NCBI GenBank assembly: GCA_030141605.1
Contig: JAQGDQ010001992.1
Coordinates: 1 to 18,460 of the forward strand
Reading direction: 5' to 3'
From: Tubiluchus corallicola
Lineage: Eukaryota; Animalia; Priapulida
Length of the DNA stretch: 18,460 nt
Below the pieces are notes generated by a model. It was not told the origin of the DNA and searched no databases. It was given only the letters and a program-made list of their open reading frames with translations. Within the stretch, counting starts at the first letter, position 1; every line of letters begins with the position of its first letter. Shown piece after piece: positions 1 through 9,424 of the stretch. Made by a program: the position numbers and the translations under genes.

Positions 1-486
1 AATCATAGTTAAATATTGTATCGTGAATAGTAAAGATGAATAATCGCTGTATTGTATAACAATATTTGTTGTTACAATACATGATACAATATTTAACTAT
101 GATTTGTTAAATATTTGTTGTATTTAGATACGCAACGAGATTTCGAAATAAAAGTTTATTATGATGTAGTGAATTTACACTTTTACTAACTCTTTCTGGA
201 CCGTAAGTAAGGTCATGAAAAACTGCTCTCGCTAAGCAGTGATTAGGTTATATTTGATATAGTTTCTACTTCTCACACAATGGTTTTTCATGCAGAATTA
301 TGCATAAAATGCATTTGCTTACCTTAGACAAATCAAAAATTGAAAAAAGCTTTCAGTAACTGCAGTGTTTGCACAATTTGTTGTTACAATACACGATACA
401 ATATTTAACTGTGATTTTTTAAATATTTTTTGTATTTAGATATGCAACGAGATTTCAAAATAAGTTTATTATGATGTAGTGAATTT
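1..486. repeat. AT-rich repeated module: two direct copies (~64-176, ~376-486) plus an inverted partial copy (1-25)
   Basis: TTGTTGTTACAATAC...GATGTAGTGAATTT occurs twice with few substitutions; 1-22 (AATCATAGTTAAATATTGTATC) is the exact reverse complement of 83-104. Confidence 0.75.
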
Positions 487-609
487 GTAAGCAGATGAGT
501 TTTCTCAAGTCAAGAACAAATGTTGTTCTCTGAATTTTCCTTGTTAACACCCTGTGGCTATGGGGGAGGGATAAGCTGTTTTCATAAATGCTGCCTAACC
601 TCAATGTTT

Positions 610-1223
610 TTTCATTTGGTAAACCTCCAATATCAGTGCATCATACGCGCATGAGAATCGTCTTTTCTCAGCTAAACTTTGACCTTTTCTCCAAAGGCTG
701 TAAAGATAATAACGGTCATCCAATATTGTCGAATTGTAACTGTGGATTTCGATTTGAGTCTGTTGAATACTTTTTGTTGCACTGCCCATTGTATCAACAA
801 ACTGGGGTTGTTGTGTTTGATAAATTAAATGAAATACTTCTGCCCGAAAACCTTAATATAGCTGCCTTAGGAACAAATTATCTGTTGAAGTTGTTATTAT
901 TCAGAAAAGATGAATTTAACTATGTTGCTAACTGTAAAATATTCCAATGCATACATGACTTTATATTACGTACTAAACGCTTCTAGTAGTTTCTAACTGA
1001 TATGAAATGCATCAGTCTTAAATATTCGTACATTAATATTTTCTAACCGTCATTTTCTACTAATGTCTAATGTAATCTTGTAGTAAAACTTGTCAGCTTG
1101 TGCAGGTATAGTCAATTCTTACTGTAAATGTTTTTGTAAATAGTGTATAAAGTCTGCTGTGGTGAGATCCTAAAACATGTTGTTCAAATTGTCTGATCAA
1201 ATCCTAAATAAATTATGTTCAAA
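610..1223 (+). mobile_element. 5'-truncated non-LTR retrotransposon (CR1-like LINE): ORF2 C-terminus plus 3' UTR
   Basis: Translation HTRMR..SQLNFDLF..CNCG..ESVEYFLLHCPLY..LLF..N.KIF..IHDFI..TKRF* resembles the Cys/His-containing C-terminus of invertebrate CR1-type ORF2. Stop at 986, AATAAA at 1207-1212, perfect 15-bp flanking direct repeat CTAACCTCAATGTTT at 595-609 and 1224-1238. Confidence 0.85.
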
Positions 1224-1515
1224 CTAACCTCAATGTTTCTCTTGCAATGTAGTTTCATTTCTTGACTACCTGAACTTTTCATCTAAGTTAAATTACGAAC
1301 TGAAAATTTTTCTACGCTATAGAGTAATTTGATATTAATTTGATCGTCAGTAACTACATACTTTGTGATTGTCGTCATCGAAATCAGCTTGTCTTTATTT
1401 TCTCGTATTTCTAGTATTTTTATTGGTGTAATTAAACTGTTTATTTTCTATCAACCGTGACAAAAATTTATAAAATTATTTTTCCAAAATTTATCTACTG
1501 TTTTAGTTCACCAAA

Positions 1516-4500
1516 ATGGACACTCTGCCGCTGTTATTGCTGTTGATGGGAGCAGCTCACGCCCAAGGTCAACGTGGTCGTAGCGACTTGGCTATTGAAT
1601 TCGGGCGCATCGGTATTGCTGGGACCGTCTTTGAGCAACTGACTCCTTCACAACTCGCACTAAATCCCAAACTGTTTAGCGAAAATGAGCCAGATGTTAC
1701 AAATACTGGATTTGGTGGTGACCAACCATTGGGTACAGTAGATAACATTGGAAGCATCCAGCGAGTGCAAAAAACAAGTAGGATACCAATTGGCAGTCTG
1801 CAAAGGGGTGGTGTGTTAGGACTAATTCCAGGGTTCTCTGAGCTGCCTGAGCTAGATGATGCAGATGCTAGATTTGGTAGTGGTAAGCAACCATTGGAAA
1901 CTGTGGATAATCTTGGAATCACCCAGCAAGTACAAAGAACAAGTAGGATACCAATTGGCAGTCTGCTAGGGGGTGGTGTGTCAAGACTAATTCCAGGGCT
2001 GTCTGAGCTAGATGATGCAGATGCTAGATTTGGTGGTGGTAAGCAACCATTGGACACTGTGGATAGTCTTGGAATCACTCAGCAAGTACAAAGAACAAGT
2101 AGGGTACCAATTAGCAGTCTGCTAGGGGGTGGTGTGTCAAGACTACTTCCAGGGCTGTCTGAGCTAGATGATGCAGATGCTAGATTTGGTGGTGGTAAGC
2201 AACCATTGGACACTGTGGATAGTCTTGGAATCACTCAGCAAGTACAAAGAACAAGTAGGGTACCAACTAGCAGTCTGCTAGGGGGTGGTGTGTCAAGACT
2301 ACTTCCAGGGCTGTCTGAGCTAGATGATGCAGATGCTAGATTTGGTGGTGGTAAGCAACCATTGGACACTGTGGATAATGTTGGAAGCATTCAGCAAGTG
2401 CAAAGAACAAGTAGGATACCAATTGGCAGTCTGCAAGGGGGTGGTGTATCAAGACTAATTCCAGGGCTGTCTGAGCTGCCTGAGCTAGATGATGCAGATG
2501 CTAGATTTGGTGGTGGTAAGCAACCATTGGACACTGTGGATAGTCTTGGAAGCATTCAGCAAGTGCAAAGAACAAGTAGGATACAAATTGGCAGTCTGCT
2601 AGGGGGTGGTGTGTCAAGACTAATTCCAGGGCTGTCTGAGCTAGATGATGCAGATGCTAGATTTGGTGGTGGTAAGCAACCATTGGACTCTGTGGATAGT
2701 CTTGGAATCACTCAGCAAGTACAAAGAACAAGTAGGGTACCAATTAGCAGTCTGCTAGGGGGTGGTGTGTCAAGACTACTTCCAGGGCTGTCTGAGCTAG
2801 ATGATGCAGATGCTAGATTTGGTGGTGGTAAGCAACCATTGGACACTGTGGATAATGTTGGAAGCATTCAGCAAGTGCAAAGAACAAGTAGGATACCAAT
2901 TGGCAGTCTGCAAGGGGGTGGTGTATCAAGACTAATTCCAGGGTTCTCTGAGCTGCCTGAGCTAGATGATGCAGATGCTAGATTTAGTGGTGGTAAGCAA
3001 CCATTGGACACTGTGGATAATGTTGGAAGCATTCAGCAAGTGCAAAGAACAAGTAGGATACCAATTGGCAGTCTGCAAGGGGGTGGTGTGTCAAGACTAA
3101 TTCCAGGGCTGTCTGAGCTAGATGATGCAGATGCTAGATTTGGTGGTGGTAAGCAACCATTGGACACTGTGGATAGTCTTGGAATCACTCAGCAAGTACA
3201 AAGAACAAGTAGGGTACCAATTAGCAGTCTGCTAGGGGGTGGTGTGTCAAGACTACTTCCAGGGCTGTCTGAGCTAGATGATGCAGATGCTAGATTTGGT
3301 GGTGGCAAGCAACCATTGGACACTGTGGATAATGTTGGAAGCATTCAGCAAGTGAAAAGAACAAGTAGGATACCAATTGGCAGTCTGCAAGGGGGTGGTG
3401 TATCAAGACTAATTCCAGGGCTGTCTGGGCTAGATGATGCAGATGCTAGATTTGGTGGTGGTAAGCAACCATTGGACACTGTGGATAGTCTTGGAATCAC
3501 TCAGCTAGTACAAAGAACAAGTAGGGTACCAATTAGCAGTCTGCTAGGGGGTGGTGTATCAAGACTAATTCCAGGGCTGTCTGAGCTAGATGATGCAGAT
3601 GCTAGATTTGGTGGTGGTAAGCAACCATTGGACACTGTGGATAGTCTTGGAATCACTCAGCAAGTACAAAGAACAAGTAGGGTACCAATTAGCAGTCTGC
3701 TAGGGGGTGGTGTGTCAAGACTACTTCCAGGGCTGTCTGAGCTAGATGATGCAGATGCTAGATTTGGTGGTGGTAAGCAACCATTGGACACTGTGGATAA
3801 TGTTGGAAGCATTCAGCAAGTGCAAAGAACAAGTAGGATACCAATTGGCAGTCTGCAAGGGGGTGGTGTATCAAGACTAATTCCAGGGCTGTCTGAGCTG
3901 CCTGAGCTAGATGATGCAGATGCTAGATTTGGTGGTGGTAAGCAACCATTGGACACTGTGGATAGTCTTGGAATCACTCAGCAAGTACAAAGAGCAAGTA
4001 GGGTACCAATTAGCAGTCTGCTAGGGGGTGGTGTGTCAAGACTACTTCCAGGGCTGTCTGAGCTAGATGATGCAGATGCTAGATTTGGTGGTGGTAAGCA
4101 ACCATTGGACACTGTGGATAATGTTGGAAGCATTCAGCAAGTGCAAAGAACAAGTAGGATACCAATTGGCAGTCTGCAAAGGGGTGGTGTATCAAGACTA
4201 ATTCCAGGGCTGTCTGAGCTGCCTGAGCTAGATGATGCAGATGCTAGATTTGGTGGGGGTAAGCAACCATTGGACACTGTGGATAATGTTGGAAGCATTC
4301 AGCAAGTGCAAAGAACAAGTAGGATGCCAATTGGCAGTCTGCAAGGGGGTGGTGTGTCAAGACTAATTCCAGGGCTGTCTGAGCTGCCTGAGCTAGATGA
4401 TGCAGATGCTAGATTTGGTAGTGGTAAGCAACCATTGGACACTGTGGATAATCTTGGAAGCATTCAGCAAGTGCAAAGAACAAGTAGGGTACCAATTGGC

Positions 4501-5324
4501 AGTCTGCTAGGGGGTGGTGTGAGAAGACTAATTCCAGGGCTGTCTGAGCTGCCTGAGCTAGATGATGCAGATGCTAGATTTGGTGGTGGTAAGCAACCAT
4601 TGGACACTGTGGATAATCTTGGAAGCATTCAGCAAGTGCAAAGAACAAGTAGGATACCAATTGGCAGTCTGCTAGGGGGTGGTGTGTCAAGACTAATTCC
4701 AGGGCTGTCTGAACTGCCTGAGCAAGATGATGCAGATGCTAGATTTGGTAGTGGTAAGCAACCATTGCAAACTGTGGATAATCTTGGAGACATTCAGCAG
4801 GTACCCACATTAATTCTCAGACGTTCTAGTGAATCTGATCTAAATGGTGCTGCCGGTGGCGTTGGTAGTGGAGGAGGAGATGCTGGCCAGCCGACTTCCT
4901 CGTTTAGAGAAGGAAGAATTGCAACATTAGGGAGCGATGGTAGGGCTGTATTTCAGTCTATACGAACTGGAACTCGTCGTGGTACATCTGACTTTGACGT
5001 CGGACGAATACAGACTGTGTCGTCTGGTACTGATAGCTTTGGGTTTCACCCACGTCGTACTGATGTCAAATTTGCAAAGAATCACCGTTTGCTGAGAGGT
5101 GGTGGAATCATCGATTCTTCCCTAGTTGTCACTGAAGTGCCAGAGTATTTCACAACGATGCGATATGGACCAATCAGCAATGGTAGTCTGAGAGGAGAAG
5201 GCGACCGATCAAGCAGGCTGACTTACACCAGACAGGGTAGTGCGTCAGGAAGATTGTTTAGCAGAGACCAAGCTGAGGCATCAGAGACAGCATCCAAGAC
5301 ACGTGGGTATGAGTACAGATACAG
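1516..5324 (+). CDS. Main coding exon of a secreted tandem-repeat protein (signal peptide, ~19 x 52/55-aa repeats, unique Gly/Ser/Arg-rich C-terminal region)
   Basis: Uninterrupted 3.8-kb ORF; acceptor TTTTAG at 1501-1506 just before a good start context (CAAAATGG); signal-like N-terminus MDTLPLLLLLMGAAHA|Q; repeat indels are in-frame (9 bp). The ORF runs to 5373, but a CAG|GTACAT donor at 5325 and an abrupt shift to T-rich sequence suggest the exon ends at 5324. Confidence 0.88.
1690..4800 (+). repeat. Coding tandem repeat, 156/165-bp units (ELDDADARFGGGKQPLDTVD[SLGIT/NVGSI]QQVQRTSR[V/I]PI[S/G]SL[L/Q]GGGVSRL[L/I]PGLS, optional ELP)
   Basis: GATGATGCAGATGCTAGA starts at 1855, 2011, 2167, 2323, 2488, 2644, 2800, 2965, 3121, 3277, 3433, 3589, 3745, 3910, 4066, 4231, 4396, 4561 and 4726 (19 copies; spacing only 156 or 165), plus a diverged first unit from ~1690. 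Confidence 0.97.
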
Positions 5325-5654
5325 GTACATAAACTACTTTATTTTCGCTGTCTTCATTTTTTACTATTCTTGAACCAATGTAACACGTTACTTCCTTAAT
5401 AGAATTAGGGAAAAGCTTCACAAATCACTGCACTGAACTAAGCTGCAAGGAATGTGTCTTGGAAACTATTTTGTCTGTTGTTGTTGTTGTCGTCGTCGTT
5501 GTCATTGTCATTGTCATTATCGCTGTCGTAGTCATTGTCATTGTCACTGTCGTTGTCATTGTCACTGTCGCTGCCGTTGCCATTGCCATTGCCGGTGTCA
5601 GTGCTGTTGCTGTTGCTGTTGCTGCTGTTGTAGTAGTAGTAGTAGTAGTAGTAG

Positions 5655-5689
<35 letters not shown>

Positions 5690-5811
5690 ACTGGTGCTTT
5701 TGTCGTTGTCACTGGTGCTTTTGTCGTTGTCATTGTCGCTGTCATTGTCGGGGTCATTGTCATTGTATCTGTCGCTTTCGCTGCCGCTGCCGTTGCCATT
5801 GCCGGTGTCGG

Positions 5812-5843
<32 letters not shown>

Positions 5844-6156
5844 TTGTTTTTGTCGTCGTTGTCATTTTCGTTGTCATTGTCGCTGTCGTTGTCATTGTCA
5901 TTGTCACTGTTGCTGTCGCTGCTGTTACCATTGCCACTGCCATTGCCGTTGCCATTGCCGGTGTCAGGCTGTTGCTGTTGCTGTTGTTTGTTGTTGTTGT
6001 TTTTGTTGTCGTTGTTCTTGTTGTTGTTGCTGGTACTGGTGCTGTCGTCGTCGTCTTCGTACGGTGTTGTATTTTTTCGTGTGCTTGAATGATTACTGTG
6101 CAATGCTACAAGGTTTTCTTCATAGTACTTATGCGACGACTCCAACTATTTTCTAG
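5325..6156 (+). other. Predicted phase-2 GT-AG intron of the repeat-protein gene
   Basis: Donor AG|GTACAT at 5325 and acceptor ACTATTTTCTAG| at 6156; joining them gives codon AGC and an open frame to TAG at 6260-6262. Confidence 0.65.
5475..6060. repeat. Compound triplet/hexamer microsatellite: (GTT)n, (GTA)n, (TTGTCA)n, (TTGCCA)n
   Basis: Directly visible; pure (GTA)n then (GTT)n at ~5629-5689; GCCGTTGCCATTGCC..GGTGTC recurs three times. Confidence 0.95.
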
Positions 6157-6262
6157 CGAGGGCCATAGTTATGAGCAACCGCGAACTCTCTACAACTACG
6201 ACTTCGAGGAACCAATATGGGGCTTTGCTGGCGTCGTAGACAACATCTACAGAGGAGAATAG
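6157..6262 (+). CDS. Predicted terminal coding exon of the repeat protein: (S)EGHSYEQPRTLYNYDFEEPIWGFAGVVDNIYRGE*
   Basis: High-complexity, GC-balanced segment in frame with the 5325 donor; continues the Tyr-rich GYEYRY sequence; AATAAA follows ~60 bp after the stop. Confidence 0.65.
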
Positions 6263-6324
6263 ACAAGCGACGTTATCCAAATGACCTCAGATGAAGCCAT
6301 GTTGATTTCGCATCACATCGCAAG

Positions 6325-6330
6325 AATAAA
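6325..6330 (+). terminator. Candidate polyadenylation signal of the repeat-protein gene
   Basis: AATAAA downstream of the predicted stop at 6262. Confidence 0.5.
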
Positions 6331-6370
6331 TTTCAACCATTAAAAAGACCGGCTCAAAATTGAACAATAA

Positions 6371-6770
6371 CAATTCAATTCAAATTCAATTCAATTTTAT
6401 TTTATTTTCTCAATAGCAGTTTAAAATTCATCTTAATTATTTTTATATTCCATTGTAGCCGAGAAGGAGCAGCGAAAGACCTATTGGTCACTTGGTCAGC
6501 TGCCCCTTATTAAAAATACAAGTTTATTTACAGGGTGATGACATTTTTATAAAACAAACGCAATTCAACTGAAAACAAAAGAAATTATCATAATCAAAAC
6601 AAAAACAGGATTCAACAAGGGGCAAAAATTATAACACACAAAAGCAACAAAATCAAACTCAACAACAAAAACAGAATTCAGTTTAAAGCAAAACATATTA
6701 CAAGCAACAGTAACAAAAATCTTCGCAAGGCGAAAACAAAAAAATAATAGCAAGATTAATATTATTTCTA
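6371..6770 (-). mobile_element. Probable 3' end of an L2/CR1-superfamily LINE or a derived SINE; 5' boundary uncertain
   Basis: Minus strand ends AATAAAATAAAA(TTGAA)-type tail (6371-6406), preceded by a stem-loop (6464-6473 pairs with 6499-6508, 9/10) and a T-rich UTR. No TSD or coding remnant found. Confidence 0.5.
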
Positions 6771-7227
6771 ACTAAAACTGATATGAAAATGGGGTAGTAT
6801 ATGAAAAATCATCCTGTCTTCCTTTAACCGTCTCACTTGGATTACGTCTTTATTGTGCTTAGAACTGCTAATTTGCGCTGTACTTTATTTAACTTAGTTT
6901 TACTAACAATGTAAACATTTTTGGTTGTTACCATTACTATGATAGGGGTGTAGAGGGGACCTCACTCCTCTTTGTCTCCTTCGTGTATCTGTGAAAATAT
7001 TTTCTGCTTTTGTCTGCATGGTTTTGCCTAGTTGGAAAGAAACTGCTTTATAATTTTGCTAAAAAAGTTATTTTAGGTGAAAATTTTGCTCTTTGTTGTT
7101 GATATTTGTTTTATTTTTTGCGAAAATAAACTTGTTTAGAACTACACCACTGTAGATTTATCAGTTTATCAAAGCGTTTAACATGAATATGTGCAGAACA
7201 CAACAAACAATTATGAAAATCAACAAT

Positions 7228-7403
7228 GTGAGACAGTGATATTTTACAAAATGGGAAGAACATTTTAAATTATTATTATTTCTAGTTGCATAAGTCTTTC
7301 CATCACGTGAGCAAAATGCTAAATATTATAACTTTGCAAGGAAAGTTTTTTGGGACATAGTTTAACGTTGCCTTTTCTTTCCCTGTTTGCGTAGGTGACG
7401 TCA
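7228..7403 (-). repeat. 176-bp inverted repeat, left arm (partner 9249-9424)
   Basis: Reverse complement of 9249-9424 with about 6 mismatches and no gaps by hand alignment. Confidence 0.92.
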
Positions 7404-7461
7404 AAGCTAGTTTAAAAAAATTGCTTTAAAATCTGTAAAATTCCTTAAAACTCGTATGTTG

Positions 7462-7478
7462 TTTATTTATTTATTTAC

Positions 7479-7525
<47 letters not shown>

Positions 7526-7528
7526 TTT
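7462..7528. repeat. (TTTA)n microsatellite
   Basis: Directly visible, with two small interruptions. Confidence 0.95.
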
Positions 7529-7554
7529 GGTCAAAGAATATGAAAGGGGCACCT

Positions 7555-8024
7555 GAAGTAGGTTTCAGAAAAATCGCCTCAAACAATTATATGACTTTCT
7601 AGCAGTTTTATGCGTATATCGTGTCTCGTTGAAAGGATTTTTTGTTTTGTTTTCAATTTTAATCTCCCCAATACTGTTTCATTACTGTTTCGTACTCCCC
7701 ATTACATGACGTCATATACGCACAACATAAATCAGGAGAAGAACAGAAATTGTTAAATTATGTCCCAAAAAACTTTCCAAGCAAAGTTATATTACTTAAC
7801 ATTTTGCTTACCTGCTTGAAAGGCTTATGTAACTAGAAAAGAAGATTATTAATTATTTAAAATGTTTTCACTAATTGTAAAATGTCGTTGACTAACCTCC
7901 ACTCACTAATAAAAAATGTATTTTTTATCTCATTGACAAGATACAGTAATTTAATATTTTACTTGGATAGTAAGGTGCGCTGATTATTTTTTCAAAGTTT
8001 GCTCAGTGTTATCTGAAATTTGTT
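7555..8024 (+). repeat. Diverged direct copy of block 9107-9570
   Basis: Colinear anchors GGTTTCA, TTTTATGCGT, AATCTCCC, CCATTACATGACGTCA, TATGTCCCAAAAAACTTTCC, CCACTCACTAA and ATTGACAAGAT occur in both. Confidence 0.85.
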
Positions 8025-8066
8025 TATTTGATCAAAGAATATGAAAAGGGGCACCTGAAGTGAACA

Positions 8067-8641
8067 GGTGATATTAAATGTAGAGAATATTGAGTATGCT
8101 TCCACGTTTTCGACGTTTTGTTTGTTTTTGTTTTTTGTCTATGTTTTAGGCCGTCCATCTGTTTGTTTGCATGCTTGTTTGTTTGTTTGTTTGTTTGTTT
8201 GTTTGTTTTATGGCTTCTATTTTTGATCATAGCAGTAGTTAAGAGTCTTTCGTTGAAATGCTGTGTAATTTCTAACGAGCCTTTGATTGGTTAGGCGTTT
8301 GAGTAAATTAATACGTAAAATTATGTAATATGTAATTACTGCTGTTCACTAAGTTAAACAACATTGGCTCTGATCAGTGAATGGATGGTGATATTAAATG
8401 TACAGAATATTGAGTATGCTTCCACGTTTCCGATGTTTTGTTTGTTTTTGTTTTTTGTCTATGTGTTAGGCCGTCCATCTGTTTGTTAGCATTCTTGTTT
8501 GTTTGTTTGTTTGTTTGTTTTATGGCTTCTATTTTTTTATCATAGCAGTGGTTAAGAGTCTTTCGTTGAAATGCTGTGTAATTTCTAACGGGTTTTTGAT
8601 TGGTTAGGAGTTTGAGTAAATTAATATGTAAAATTATGTAA
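8067..8641 (+). repeat. Tandem duplication of a ~260-bp unit (period 320 bp) containing (TTTG)n
   Basis: GGTGATATTAAATGTA...AAAATTATGTAA starts at 8067 and 8387; each copy has (TTTG)n and TGATTGGTT. Confidence 0.9.
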
Positions 8642-9248
8642 TTATGTAGTATTAATATGTAAAAGAATTGCACAAATCATGTTCAATATCATGTATTAAT
8701 GTGTAAAAGAATTGCACAAATCTTCTTCAATATTATGTAGAAGTGATGCGAAAAGCCGAAAGGTCACGGTGTGTGCTTATCAACCAAAGTTATGCAATGC
8801 TGATTTTTATCTCAATCCATGAAATCCATGTTTAATTGTTGTTTTATAATTTGAACTTTAATGTTATTGGAGGACGTCAGAGTGATGTAATCCAACAGTC
8901 TCTGGTTCAAATCCAGACTCTTTACTATTTTTTCCCTTCTTTTGGTCTCTTTGAGTTTCAAAACTTCGGGAATTGTGGATTAGTTCCCTCTTGAGAGAAT
9001 AGTCGTTGCTTCACACAATAATTTCACTGTCATTTCTCCACGGAACACTCGCTTTAGATTTGCTATCAAAGCCATGGGTACTTAAAGGACAAGAAAAGAG
9101 ATACCGGAAGAAGGTTTCAAAAAAATCACCGTGAAATATTAAATTACTTTATAGCAATTTTATGCGTTTATCGTACTCACGTTAAAAGGAATTTTAGTTT
9201 GCTTTCATTTTAAATCTCCCGCAATACTGTTCCGAAGTCGCCATTACA

Positions 9249-9424
9249 TGACGTCACCTACGCAAACAGTGAAAGAAAGGGCAACGTTAAACTATGTCCC
9301 AAAAAACTTTCCTTGCAAAGTTATAATATTTAGCATTTTGCTCACGTGATGGAAAGACTTATGCATCTAGAAATAATAATAATTTAAAATGTTCTTCTCA
9401 TTTTGTAAAATGTCGCTGTCTCAC
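9249..9424 (+). repeat. 176-bp inverted repeat, right arm
   Basis: See 7228-7403; starts with the palindrome TGACGTCA and contains TCACGTGA. Confidence 0.92.

Noticed and set aside
1569-2078. Minus-strand 169-aa ORF
   Set aside because: Antisense shadow of the repeat-protein exon.
1855-4760. Canonical RFamide neuropeptide precursor
   Set aside because: RFG is followed by GGK or SGK rather than an immediate basic cleavage site, so RF-amide would not be produced by the standard route.
5325-5373. C-terminal transmembrane or GPI signal on the repeat protein
   Set aside because: Lies after a plausible splice donor and is T-rich, intron-like sequence; too short for a confident TM helix.
5425-6156. 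Poly-Thr, poly-Cys (metallothionein-like), poly-Val and poly-Leu ORFs
   Set aside because: Translations of a triplet microsatellite that rarely forms stops; no independent coding signal.
6850-7143. Third LINE 3' end on the plus strand (AATAAACTTGTTTAGAAC resembles the end of the 610-1223 element)
   Set aside because: No coding remnant and only a weak 8-bp flanking match (TTAGAACT); not enough to call.
8024-8673. Two similar minus-strand ORFs with KQTN repeats
   Set aside because: Products of (TTTG)n inside a non-coding tandem duplication.
7228-9424. Autonomous DNA transposon bounded by the 176-bp inverted repeats
   Set aside because: No transposase ORF and no TSD; the right arm is embedded in a longer locally duplicated block.
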